From assembly GCA_038078555.1 (NCBI GenBank), contig JBBTYQ010000001.1, forward strand, positions 60,966-124,965: a stretch of DNA of 64,000 nucleotides. Reading direction: 5' to 3'. This document shows positions 17,196 through 26,566 of the stretch, in pieces. Position 1 is the first letter of the stretch. Every line of letters begins with the position of its first letter. The notes under the pieces were generated by a model. The model had not been told where the DNA came from. It worked only from the letters and a program-made list of their open reading frames with translations, and made no database searches. This DNA comes from Patescibacteria group bacterium (GTDB lineage Bacteria > Patescibacteriota > Minisyncoccia > UBA6257 > UBA9933). Both the position numbers and the translations under genes were made by a program.

Positions 17196-18551
17196 CTAAA
17201 CACTTTCGTAAATATTTTCTTTAATTAATAAAATTTTTTGATTTAAATCGTGATTCTTGTTGATTTCCCTGGATATTTTTTCAAAAGAATGAATTGCTGT
17301 TGTGTGGTCCCTTTTCCCTATCTTATCCCCAATGTCAGGGTAAGACATCCTCAGGATATCCCGAAGCAAAAACACCGCAACTTGCCTTGGTTCAATAACT
17401 CTTTTTCTTCTTGAATGGTTGCTTATTTCTTCCGGAAGAATTTCAAAAAAAGCAGCAACCGCCTTAATTACTTGGTCAGAAGAAATTTTCTTAGTTGATT
17501 GCTGAAGAGTGTTATTAATGATTTCTTCTATCATTTTAGGCTGGAGCTCTATATTTTTAACTTCTTGGTAAAATATTATTTTATTTATAATACCCTCAAC
17601 CTCTCTGATGTTTCTTTGGACTTTTGAGGCGATGATTGAGCATAAATTATCCGGCAACACTTTTTTCATCTCCTGAAGCTTTGTTTTTATGATTGCCATG
17701 CGCATTTCATAATCAGGATAAGTAATATCAGCCGCCATGCCTCCCTCAAAGCGCGATCGGAGCCTTTCGTGGAGCGTAGGAATGGCTGACGGCGGGCGAT
17801 CCGAAGAAATAATTATTTGCTTATTGTTTTCATAAAGAACATTGAATGTGTGGAAAAATTCTTCTTCGCTTCGCTCCTTGCCGCCGATAAATTGAATATC
17901 GTCAATTATTAAAACATCAACATTACGGTAAATATTTTTTATATCATCCATTCTTTTATTACGGATCGCCGAAACTACTTCGTTGACAAATTTTTCTGAA
18001 TGAACATATTTAACTCTCACTTTATTTTTATGAGTTTTTTTTATTTCGTTGCCGATGGCCTGGATAAGATGTGTTTTACCAAGCCCTGTTCCGCCGTAAA
18101 TGAAAAAAGGATTATATTTTTTTCCGGGGTTTTTAATAATAGCCAATGACGCGGCATAGGCCAGTTCGTTTGACGAGCCGACGACAAAAGATTCTAAATT
18201 ATATTTCGGATGAAGGCCGGACTCCGGATCTATTTTAAATTCCGGAAAAACCAACTGCTTTTCTGTTTCATTTTCTTGGATAGTTTTAAACAGATCAGCT
18301 TTTTCGTTAAGAATGGCATATTCTATTTTTTTTATCGAAGGGTCGTGAGACCTAAGAGATTCAAAAATAATTTTATGGTACTTATTGGCCACCCATTCTT
18401 TGGCAAAATTATTGGATAAGCCGATAGAAACGCATCCCTCATCTGTTTTTTTGAGCAAACGGCTGTTTTTCATCCAAGTAAGGAAATTAGGCCGCGATAT
18501 TTGAATTTCTATTTCCGCTAAAGCGGTTTGCCAAAGCTGTTCAATGTCCAT
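17196..18551 (-). CDS. dnaA: Chromosomal replication initiator DnaA
   Basis: 451 aa. Walker A GGTGLGKTHL, AAA+ motifs, and a C-terminal DnaA-box-binding HTH region. Confidence 0.9.
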   Translation of the reverse strand: MDIEQLWQTALAEIEIQISRPNFLTWMKNSRLLKKTDEGCVSIGLSNNFAKEWVANKYHKIIFESLRSHDPSIKKIEYAILNEKADLFKTIQENETEKQLVFPEFKIDPESGLHPKYNLESFVVGSSNELAYAASLAIIKNPGKKYNPFFIYGGTGLGKTHLIQAIGNEIKKTHKNKVRVKYVHSEKFVNEVVSAIRNKRMDDIKNIYRNVDVLIIDDIQFIGGKERSEEEFFHTFNVLYENNKQIIISSDRPPSAIPTLHERLRSRFEGGMAADITYPDYEMRMAIIKTKLQEMKKVLPDNLCSIIASKVQRNIREVEGIINKIIFYQEVKNIELQPKMIEEIINNTLQQSTKKISSDQVIKAVAAFFEILPEEISNHSRRKRVIEPRQVAVFLLRDILRMSYPDIGDKIGKRDHTTAIHSFEKISREINKNHDLNQKILLIKENIYESV

Positions 18552-18733
18552 AAATAAAAATAATATTAAATATAAGCAAAATTAATAATTCTAATTGTTA
18601 TCCTATTTCAGTTTCCTGATTTAAGAAATAGCAAAAAAACGATAAATGTGGATTACTTGTGGAAAACTATTATTAACCGCATTTCCTCTGGACAAACCAA
18701 TCGCTTTTTTATTTTATTTTTCGTTATGCTATT
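18552..18733. promoter_or_regulatory. dnaA upstream region with degenerate DnaA boxes; dnaA promoter or oriC candidate
   Basis: ttatcctat, tgtggatta and tgtggaaaa lie within an AT-rich 180-bp spacer. Confidence 0.3.
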
Positions 18734-20428
18734 ATGTATATGCACTATAGCATGAATAATTCAAATTTTAATATTAAGGAAAAACTAAAGCAAATCTGGC
18801 AAGCCGGAAAAGAAAGAGAAGCCCAAAAACTTGCCAAAAATTTAAACCAAAACTATCTTGATTTGACAACTGCTTCAATAAACATTGAGGCTCTAGCTCT
18901 GATTCCCGAAGAAAATGCCAAAAAAGCCAAGGCTTTGGCGGTTAGTTTAAAAAATAATAATCTTGCCGTGGCGGTTGTTGATTTAAGCCTGACCGAAACT
19001 AAGGAAGAGATTAAAAATTTGGAAGCCAAAGGATTCAAGCTGAAGATTTTTATAGTTTCTTTAAAAAGTTTTGACTACGGATTTGGTTTTTATAAGTTTA
19101 TTTCCGAAAAAAAAAATCAAATTACCGGAAAAGTAGGGCTGGAAAAAGAAAAATTTTCGGAAATCAGAAAAAAAATTAATTCACTGAAAGATTTTACCGA
19201 ATTACTTTCTTCGGCATATGAAGAAAAAGGTGATGTCGCCGAAATTTTGGAAATAATTTTTGCCGGCGCTTTAATTAATCGAGCTTCCGATATTCACCTT
19301 GAGTCTGAAGAAAAAAGCGTCAATTTGAAAATTAGAGTTGACGGTTTGATGCGCAAAGTTTTTTCCGGAATAGAAAAAGAATTTTATGAACACCTGCTTT
19401 CCAGAATTAAACTGCTTTCCGGTTTAAAGATTAATATTCACGACGAGCCGCAAGACGGCCGGTTTACCATCGAATTTCCCGAAAAAAAAATTGAAACAAG
19501 AATAGCGATTGCGCCGTCAGAATTTGGAGAAGTGATTGTCATGCGCTTGCTTGATCCCGACAGCATTAATATTTCTTTAATTAGTTTAGGATTAAGAACA
19601 GACGATTTAAAAATTATAGAAAACGAGCTTAAAAAACCCAACGGTCTTATTTTAAATACCGGACCGACCGGTTCCGGAAAAACCACCACTCTTTATGCTT
19701 TTTTAAGCCACAAAAAAAATCCCGAAATTAAGCTAATCACCATAGAAGACCCGATAGAATATCACATGGAAGGCATTGAACAAACCCAGGTTGATGCAGA
19801 AAGCGGTTATACTTTTGCCACTGGGCTAAGGTCTTTAATGAGGCAAGATCCGGACGTTATTTTAGTTGGAGAAATAAGAGACAAAGAAACCGCTGAAATA
19901 GGTATTCAAGCGGCTTTAACGGGCCACCTGGTGTTTTCCACGATTCACGCCAACGCTTCAAGCGGCGCTATCCCCCGCTTGCTTGATTTGGGCGTAAAAG
20001 CAACAAGCATCGGCCCGGCTTTAAATTTAATTATCGGACAAAGGCTGGTTCGCCGGCTTTGTCCTGATTGTAAAAAAACCAAATCAATTGAGCCTGACTT
20101 AGAAAGCAAAATCCGCTCTTTTTTAAAAAAACTGCCTTCTCGAGCAAGCGCGGAACAATATAATGATATTAAAATCTATGAGGCTGTGGGCTGTGATAAG
20201 TGCGGCAATTTTGGATATAAAGGAAGAATCGCTATTTATGAGCTTTTAATAGTTGATAACTCTTTAGAAGAATTAATTGCGCAAGAAGCTGGCGAGCCTA
20301 GAATACAAGAGCTCGCCTCAAAACAAGGCATGACAACAATGCAGCAGGATGGTATATTAAAAACGATTTCAGGCATTACCACTTTTGATGAGGTTGAAAA
20401 TGTTACCGGGCCGCTCGAGTGGCAGTAA
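18734..20428 (+). CDS. Type II/IV secretion-system ATPase (GspE/PilB family)
   Basis: 564 aa. Walker A GPTGSGKTTTLYA, Walker B and His box, and a C-terminal Zn tetracysteine CPDC...CDKCG. The true start may be an internal Met. Confidence 0.85.
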   Translation: MYMHYSMNNSNFNIKEKLKQIWQAGKEREAQKLAKNLNQNYLDLTTASINIEALALIPEENAKKAKALAVSLKNNNLAVAVVDLSLTETKEEIKNLEAKGFKLKIFIVSLKSFDYGFGFYKFISEKKNQITGKVGLEKEKFSEIRKKINSLKDFTELLSSAYEEKGDVAEILEIIFAGALINRASDIHLESEEKSVNLKIRVDGLMRKVFSGIEKEFYEHLLSRIKLLSGLKINIHDEPQDGRFTIEFPEKKIETRIAIAPSEFGEVIVMRLLDPDSINISLISLGLRTDDLKIIENELKKPNGLILNTGPTGSGKTTTLYAFLSHKKNPEIKLITIEDPIEYHMEGIEQTQVDAESGYTFATGLRSLMRQDPDVILVGEIRDKETAEIGIQAALTGHLVFSTIHANASSGAIPRLLDLGVKATSIGPALNLIIGQRLVRRLCPDCKKTKSIEPDLESKIRSFLKKLPSRASAEQYNDIKIYEAVGCDKCGNFGYKGRIAIYELLIVDNSLEELIAQEAGEPRIQELASKQGMTTMQQDGILKTISGITTFDEVENVTGPLEWQ

Positions 20429-20451
20429 ATTTATAAAAAAGAAAATAAAAA

Positions 20452-20587
20452 CCGCCTAACTCTGTGGGCGTTATGAAACTCTTAATTGCAAAGAGGTTGA
20501 GAATTCCTTCGAGGAGAGGTCCAGCCAAGACCAGACCATCCAAAGTCTAAAAGAAATTCCTTTTGGTTTGCCCACAGGGTTAGGCAG
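20452..20587 (+). ncRNA. Candidate structured RNA of unknown class, closed by a long-range stem of about 15 bp; strand uncertain
   Basis: 5' cctaactctgtgggc pairs with 3' gcccacagggttagg (15 bp including G-U pairs). Internal hairpins are present, for example ctctt-aattgca-aagag. No ORF. The element sits just upstream of the ruvB extended -10 tgtataat. Confidence 0.25.
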
Positions 20588-20681
20588 TCTTTAATGTATA
20601 ATAGCACGCTTATTATAAAATGTCAATACCCCTAAAGTATATAAAGTATATTTTAGGCAAACGAATTTCCAATATAGCAAA

Positions 20682-21683
20682 ATGAAAAAAACTGTCAATA
20701 GGACTCAAGACGATAAATATATTGACTCGCTTCTGCGGCCTAATTCTTGGCAAGAGTATATTGGCCAGGAAAAAATAAAAAAAAGTTTAAAAATAATTTT
20801 AGGCGCCGCAAAAAAAAGAAAAGAATCAAGCGACCACTTATTATTTTACGGCCAGCCCGGTTTGGGAAAAACAACCTTGGCGGTTTTGGTGGCTAAAGAA
20901 ATGGGCGCTAATTTAAAAACCGTTTCCGGTCCGAACATCGAAAAAACCGGAGACTTAGCCGCCTTGCTCTCAAATTTAGAAACCCGGGATATTTTATTTA
21001 TTGATGAAGCTCATCGGTTAAGGCCGGAAATCGAAGAAATTCTTTACCCGGCAATGGAATCAAGAAAAATTTATTTAACTATTGGCAAAGGCCCGTCAAG
21101 CCGGATAGTCGCCTTAGACCTCCCTCCTTTTACTTTAATTGCCGCTACCACGAGAATTAATTTGCTTTCCTCCCCTTTGCGCTCTAGATTCGGGGCGACC
21201 TTTAAGTTTGATTATTACGGCAACGAAGATATTGAAAAAATTATTTTACATTCTGCCGAGGTGCTGGGTATAAATATTTTAGAAAGCGCAGTTGCCATGA
21301 TTGCTAAAGCTTCTCGTTTTACGCCAAGGACAGCTAACCGGCTTCTCAAGCGCAGTCGAGATGTCGCTGAAATTAAAAATAATGATTTGATAGACCAAGA
21401 AATAGTTAAAGAAACTTTTCATATGCTGGAAATCGATGAAATGGGGCTGGAATGGCATGACCGTCGCTTATTGGAGGTTATCATTAAAAAATTTAAAGGC
21501 GGCCCGGTTGGCGTTGGAGCTCTTTCCGCTATTTTAGGAGAGGAAAAAGGCGTAATAGAAGAGGTTTATGAGCCTTATTTATTAAAAACCGGCCTTATCC
21601 AAAGAACTCCGCATGGCCGGAAAGCAAGCCTAGAAGCTTATAAATGGCTGGGCGAATTAAAGCAGACAAAATTAATCCATTAA
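20682..21683 (+). CDS. ruvB: Holliday junction branch-migration helicase RuvB
   Basis: 333 aa. Walker A GQPGLGKTTLA and Walker B IDEAHRL. Confidence 0.9.
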   Translation: MKKTVNRTQDDKYIDSLLRPNSWQEYIGQEKIKKSLKIILGAAKKRKESSDHLLFYGQPGLGKTTLAVLVAKEMGANLKTVSGPNIEKTGDLAALLSNLETRDILFIDEAHRLRPEIEEILYPAMESRKIYLTIGKGPSSRIVALDLPPFTLIAATTRINLLSSPLRSRFGATFKFDYYGNEDIEKIILHSAEVLGINILESAVAMIAKASRFTPRTANRLLKRSRDVAEIKNNDLIDQEIVKETFHMLEIDEMGLEWHDRRLLEVIIKKFKGGPVGVGALSAILGEEKGVIEEVYEPYLLKTGLIQRTPHGRKASLEAYKWLGELKQTKLIH

Positions 21684-21697
21684 AAAATTAGAAATAA

Positions 21698-21720
21698 AAA
21701 GCGCCCGCCCGGCGTTTTTT
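21698..21720 (+). terminator. Rho-independent terminator after ruvB
   Basis: aaagcgcccgcccggcgtttttt. Confidence 0.55.
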
Positions 21721-21795
21721 AATAAACCGCAATAATCCCAAAAATTTAAATCAAGCAATAATTTTTCAATGATTTTTAACATTTAATAATCCTGC

Positions 21796-22263
21796 ATGCA
21801 CAAAACAAATTCTTTTAAGCAAACTCAAAAATTAGCCAAAACGATGGCAAAAAAAATTTCAACGGCAAAAATAAAGCGAAAAAACGCCTTAGTATTTGCT
21901 TTTGAAGGCGATTTAGGAAGCGGCAAAACGACTTTTGCTCAAGGATTTTTAAAAGGTTTGGGTTTGAAAAAGAAAGTCATTAGCCCGACTTTTGTCATCA
22001 TTAAAAATTATAAAATTAAAAAATCGGGAAGCTTTAGCAATATTTACCACATTGACCTTTATCGCATAAAGAAAGCGAAAGAAGCTTTAGATTTAGGATT
22101 AAAGCAAATTTTAAAAAATCCGAAAAACATAATTTTAATAGAGTGGCCGCAAATTATAAAGCGATATTTGCCAAAAAACGCAATTCGTATAAAATTTAAT
22201 CATGGAGAAAAAGAAAATAAAAGAATAATCGTTTTCAATAAAATCGACTTTCACCGGCTTTAA
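21796..22263 (+). CDS. tsaE: tRNA t6A biosynthesis ATPase TsaE (YjeE)
   Basis: 155 aa. P-loop FEGDLGSGKTTFAQG followed by SPTF, typical of TsaE. Confidence 0.75.
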   Translation: MHKTNSFKQTQKLAKTMAKKISTAKIKRKNALVFAFEGDLGSGKTTFAQGFLKGLGLKKKVISPTFVIIKNYKIKKSGSFSNIYHIDLYRIKKAKEALDLGLKQILKNPKNIILIEWPQIIKRYLPKNAIRIKFNHGEKENKRIIVFNKIDFHRL

Positions 22264-22281
22264 AAAAATAATTTAATTATT

Positions 22282-23640
22282 ATGAAACTAACTTTTTGCG
22301 GCGGCGCCAAAACAGTAACCGGCGCCAATTATTTATTAGAAGAGGATAAAACAAAAATTTTGATTGATTGCGGCCTTTTTCAAGGTTCTAATTTTTGTGA
22401 AAAATCCAATTTTGACGAATTTTTATATGACCCGAAAAGCATTGATGCCGTGCTCGTTACGCACGCTCATGTCGACCATACCGGAAGGCTTCCGCGTCTT
22501 TATAAATCAGGCTTTCGGGGCAAGATTTATTCTACGCCTCCGACTAAAGAATTCGGCAAGTATTTATTGCTTGATTCCGAGCATATTTTAGCCAAAGAAA
22601 ATGAAGGCAAAAATATTCCGCCTTTTTATACTATTGACGATATTAACGGCACTATGGAGCTTTGGGAGGGGAAAAAATACCACCAAAAATTTAAAATAAA
22701 AAATTTTGAAATAGAATTTTTTGACGCCGGCCATATTTTAGGCTCAGCTTTTATTTTAATTTCAGGGAAAAACGGCAAAAAAATAATTTTTTCCGGCGAT
22801 CTGGGCAATAAAGCTACGCCTTTGGTAAAAGACACGGAGAATATCGCCAAAGCTGATTATGTTGTGATGGAATCAACTTACGGCAACCGGCTTCATGAAG
22901 ATTTGGAAATTCGCAAAAATATTTTAGAAGATTTAATAGAAGATACGGTAAAAACTAAAGGCACTTTGCTTATCCCCGCTTTTGCCATGGAGCGGACTCA
23001 AGACCTGCTCTATGAATTAAATGATTTGGTGGAGAACGGCCGCATTCCCAAGCTTCCGGTTTTTATTGACAGTCCCTTGGCGATAAGGCTTACGGAGATT
23101 TATAAGAGACACGCCAAAGACAAAGATTATTTTGACGAAGAAACTTTGTCCTTAATGCGCCAAGGCGATTCTGTTTTTGATTTTCCCGGATTGAAATTTA
23201 CTTTAACTGTTGAACAATCAAAGGAAATTAATGATATTAAGCCTCCCAAAATAATTATTGCCGGCTCGGGCATGTCTCAAGGCGGCCGGATTCTTCATCA
23301 CGAGATGCGTTATTTGCCAGATAAGAAAAGCGCTATTTTATTTATTGGCTATCAAGCAAAAGATTCGCTTGGCCGGAAGATTTTAGATGGTCAAAAAAGC
23401 GTAAGAATTTTCGGCGAAGAAGTGGCGGTTAATTGCAAAGTGAAAAACATTTCCGGATATTCTGCGCACGCCGACCAAGCAAAATTATTGAGCTGGGTTG
23501 AGCCGGCTCATCACCAACTAAAAAAGATTTTTCTGGTTCAAGGCGAAGAGGATCAATCAGCTTCTCTAGCTCAGAAAATTGAGGATAATTTGGCTATAGA
23601 AACCGCGATTCCTTCTTTAGGCGAAGAAGTTTTGCTATAA
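22282..23640 (+). CDS. MBL-fold / beta-CASP RNA-metabolising hydrolase (CPSF/Ysh1-like)
   Basis: 452 aa. Motifs HAHVDHTG and ESTYGNR, plus beta-CASP motifs. Confidence 0.7.
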   Translation: MKLTFCGGAKTVTGANYLLEEDKTKILIDCGLFQGSNFCEKSNFDEFLYDPKSIDAVLVTHAHVDHTGRLPRLYKSGFRGKIYSTPPTKEFGKYLLLDSEHILAKENEGKNIPPFYTIDDINGTMELWEGKKYHQKFKIKNFEIEFFDAGHILGSAFILISGKNGKKIIFSGDLGNKATPLVKDTENIAKADYVVMESTYGNRLHEDLEIRKNILEDLIEDTVKTKGTLLIPAFAMERTQDLLYELNDLVENGRIPKLPVFIDSPLAIRLTEIYKRHAKDKDYFDEETLSLMRQGDSVFDFPGLKFTLTVEQSKEINDIKPPKIIIAGSGMSQGGRILHHEMRYLPDKKSAILFIGYQAKDSLGRKILDGQKSVRIFGEEVAVNCKVKNISGYSAHADQAKLLSWVEPAHHQLKKIFLVQGEEDQSASLAQKIEDNLAIETAIPSLGEEVLL

Positions 23641-23647
23641 TAATTTT

Positions 23648-24247
23648 ATGAACAACAATATGTGCCACATAGTTTATAAGTATAAAATTTGCGTTTCCGG
23701 CGCAGCGGAAACCGGCCATTGCGGGCCTGACGCTTTTAGCGCGGCCGAAGAATTAGGCCGGGAAATCGTAAAGCATGATTCCGTGCTTGTGACCGGCGCT
23801 ACAACCGGCTTTCCTTTTTGGGCGGCTAAAGGCGCTAAAGACGCCGGAGGTATTGTGGTCGGGTTTTCTCCGGCTGCTACCGAGCGCGAGCATATTCAGG
23901 ATTTTCAACTGCCTCTTGATTACCATGACCTTATAGTTTATACGGGCTTTAATTATTCCGGCCGAAACTTGATTTTAGTAAGAGCGGCTGACGCGGTGAT
24001 TTTCGGTTGCGGACGCATGGGCACTCTGAATGAATTTACTATAACTTTTGAAGATAAAAAACCTATTGGCATTTTACAAGGCAAATGGGAAACTGATGAA
24101 ATGTTTCAAACTTTGATTGAAAAATCCCATCGCGCCGAAGAGATGAAGGGCAAAATAGTTTATGACACTGACCCCAAAGCGCTTTTAGATAAATTAGTTG
24201 AGGTGATAAAAAAAGATAAAGAAAGCAATCAACATCACGCAAAGTAA
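23648..24247 (+). CDS. LOG-family / TIGR00725-like Rossmann-fold protein
   Basis: 199 aa. Motifs VSGAAETG...VTGATTGFPFWAAKGAKDAGG and GCGRMGTLNEF are LOG-like (GGxGTxxE). Confidence 0.5.
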   Translation: MNNNMCHIVYKYKICVSGAAETGHCGPDAFSAAEELGREIVKHDSVLVTGATTGFPFWAAKGAKDAGGIVVGFSPAATEREHIQDFQLPLDYHDLIVYTGFNYSGRNLILVRAADAVIFGCGRMGTLNEFTITFEDKKPIGILQGKWETDEMFQTLIEKSHRAEEMKGKIVYDTDPKALLDKLVEVIKKDKESNQHHAK

Positions 24248-24274
24248 TTTTTTAGCGCGTTTTAGTTTAATTTA

Positions 24275-25399
24275 ATGTACAAAAATTTCATTCTGCCAAT
24301 CGGTTTGCTGGCTGGTACAATTATCGGGGCGGGAATATTCGCCTTGCCTTATGCATTTAATCAATCCGGTCTTCTGCTTGGATTTTTTTATTTAATTTTT
24401 TTGACCATTGTTATGATTTTGATGCATTTAATGTACGCTGACATTATTGCCAGGACGCCTAAAAATCACCGCTTTGCCGGTTACGCAAAAACTTACCTCG
24501 GGAATGCAGGTTTTTATTTCGGAATTTTAATGACAATCATTGGAGCGATTTTTTCCTTGGTTGCCTATCTGGTGCTTTCAGTGAGTTTTATAAATTTAAT
24601 CACACCTGATGCTTTAGACAATTATAGAGTTTTAATCTTCTGGTTTTTAGGTTCAATCACTTTTTTTCTCAATATCAGCAAAATAAGCGCTTTCGAATTG
24701 TTTACCGAAATGCCTCTTTTTTTGGTTATTTTACTGATGTTATTTTGGGGCTTAACTGATTTTAATATAACAACTCAGTCTATTTTTGGAGAATCAGGTA
24801 AAATTTTTTTCCCTTTTGGCATAATTTTGTTTTCTTTGGCTGGTCGGGTGGCCATTCCCGCGGTCTTGGGATATTTCCGAAATAACGGCCAATCCGCGGC
24901 TCTGGCAAAAAAACCTATTATTTTAGGCACGATTTTACCGGCAATTATTTATGCTTTGTTTATTGTGGCAGCTTTGTCTCTTGTTGATGATATTTCTCCG
25001 GATGTTGTTTCTAGTTTGAAGGGAATTTTTCCGACTTGGGCGTTATTTGCTTTGGTGTTGGCGGGCGCATTTTCTTTATGGAGTACTTATATTGTTGTTG
25101 GCCGCGATGTAAAAAAAAGCTTGGAGCACGACTTGAATATAAATAGTTTCTTGTCAACGCTGATAGTTTCAATTTCTGCGCTGCTGCTTTATTTCGCCGG
25201 ATTTAATAATTTTATAAGTTTAATTGAGTTAGTGGGCGGAGTTTTTATAGGCTTAGAAGGGATTTTTATAATTTTAATGTGGAAAAAAGCCTCAAAAATT
25301 GAAAGCTCGGAGCATATTTTAACAAAAATCCATCCGATAATAATTTATTTAATGGCTCTTGTTTTTGCCTCGGGGATTATCTATGCTGTGATATATTAA
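24275..25399 (+). CDS. Amino-acid permease-like polytopic membrane transporter
   Basis: 374 aa with about 11 TM helices. N-terminal GAGIFALPYAF is typical of amino-acid transporters. Confidence 0.5.
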   Translation: MYKNFILPIGLLAGTIIGAGIFALPYAFNQSGLLLGFFYLIFLTIVMILMHLMYADIIARTPKNHRFAGYAKTYLGNAGFYFGILMTIIGAIFSLVAYLVLSVSFINLITPDALDNYRVLIFWFLGSITFFLNISKISAFELFTEMPLFLVILLMLFWGLTDFNITTQSIFGESGKIFFPFGIILFSLAGRVAIPAVLGYFRNNGQSAALAKKPIILGTILPAIIYALFIVAALSLVDDISPDVVSSLKGIFPTWALFALVLAGAFSLWSTYIVVGRDVKKSLEHDLNINSFLSTLIVSISALLLYFAGFNNFISLIELVGGVFIGLEGIFIILMWKKASKIESSEHILTKIHPIIIYLMALVFASGIIYAVIY

Positions 25400-25416
25400 A
25401 TGATATATTAATATCT

Positions 25417-25926
25417 ATGGAAAAGAGAAAACAATACGACAATAAAATAATTTTACCCAGAAGGGAAGAGCATGAATTGCCCAAAGGCAAAGCCGGGCTT
25501 GTTTTGTGCCGAGATTGCGGCGCTTCTTATTATAAAAAATATTGGCATCATAATTTGAGAAACTATAAAAATCCCAAAGAAGACGCCTTGGTCAGATTTT
25601 CTGTTTGCCCAGCTTGCAAAATGATTGAAAATCGGCAGTTTGAAGGAAAAATTGTTGTGGAAAATATACCAGCAAAAATTTTGAGCGACCTAACAAATTT
25701 AGCAGAAAATTTTTGCCGCAAAGCTTATTTAAGCGACCCCTTAGACCGGCTTATTAAAATAAAAAAAATCAAAGAAGGAGTTTTGGAAATTACGACAACT
25801 GAAAATCAGCTTGCCGTAAGACTGGCAAAAAAAATAAAAGAAACTTTTAAAAAAGATAAAAACGAGATATCTTATTCTCCCAGGCCCAGCGATGTAGTTT
25901 ATGTAAAAATATCATTCAAGCTGTAA
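25417..25926 (+). CDS. Hypothetical zinc-ribbon protein
   Basis: 169 aa. CRDCGASYY...CPACK (CxxC-x39-CxxC), basic. Confidence 0.4.
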   Translation: MEKRKQYDNKIILPRREEHELPKGKAGLVLCRDCGASYYKKYWHHNLRNYKNPKEDALVRFSVCPACKMIENRQFEGKIVVENIPAKILSDLTNLAENFCRKAYLSDPLDRLIKIKKIKEGVLEITTTENQLAVRLAKKIKETFKKDKNEISYSPRPSDVVYVKISFKL

Positions 25927-25946
25927 TTTCTTTTGGCTTGTTATTT

Positions 25947-26018
25947 GCGCCTATAGTTCAACGGACAGAGCGCAGGCTTCCGAAGCCTGAGGTCGAGGTT
26001 CGATTCCTCGTAGGCGCA
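25947..26018 (+). tRNA. tRNA-Arg (anticodon CCG)
   Basis: Cloverleaf folded by hand. Acceptor gcgccta/taggcgc, D stem gttc/gagc, anticodon stem caggc/gcctg with loop ttCCGaa, T arm cgagg-ttcgatt-cctcg. No encoded CCA. Confidence 0.8.
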
Positions 26019-26050
26019 CTATTCATAGTAAACTGCGATAATATACGACC

Positions 26051-26317
26051 ATGTATTATTATTTAATTCTTTATTTCTTAGCTGGTATTCTTCAGGATTT
26101 TCTACTCACTCTTAATTGGCGTTTTATTGCGAAAGAAAAAGCAATTCCTGCTGCCGTTTTTTCAGTTATAGTGACCGTTGTCTCAATGTTGGTGTTATAT
26201 AACATTATTACCCAACTTGATAAAGAAAGAAGCATTATTGCAATTATAATTTATGCGCTAGGCATAGGCGTGGGTACGATTTTGGGAATGAAAATGAAAA
26301 TCAGCTCAAAAAATTAA
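26051..26317 (+). CDS. Small membrane protein
   Basis: 88 aa with two to three hydrophobic helices. Confidence 0.35.
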   Translation: MYYYLILYFLAGILQDFLLTLNWRFIAKEKAIPAAVFSVIVTVVSMLVLYNIITQLDKERSIIAIIIYALGIGVGTILGMKMKISSKN

Positions 26318-26566
26318 AGAGTCGTATTAGCGGATTCCTAAAATTTTAAGGTTTTAATAATTTAGTTAGAAGACGTTCTTAAAAAGAAGAAAAATCTTCA
26401 GTTAAAATTGGTTTATTTGGAAAATTTTATGATGAGCCGATTTCTAATCAGTAATAGTGCGGATTTTCGAAAAATCGCCTGCCTGCCGGCAGGCAGGGCT
26501 CATTGCCAAACAGGTGGCTGAGCCGATTTTTTTATGCTAAAATTATTCAAATAAATTATCTAAGCT

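Noticed and set aside
20452-20587. Assigning the structured spacer element specifically as SRP (4.5S) RNA.
   Set aside because: I could not find the helix-8 GNRA tetraloop with the AGCAG/GGAA internal-loop consensus on either strand by eye. It is kept only as an unclassified candidate ncRNA.
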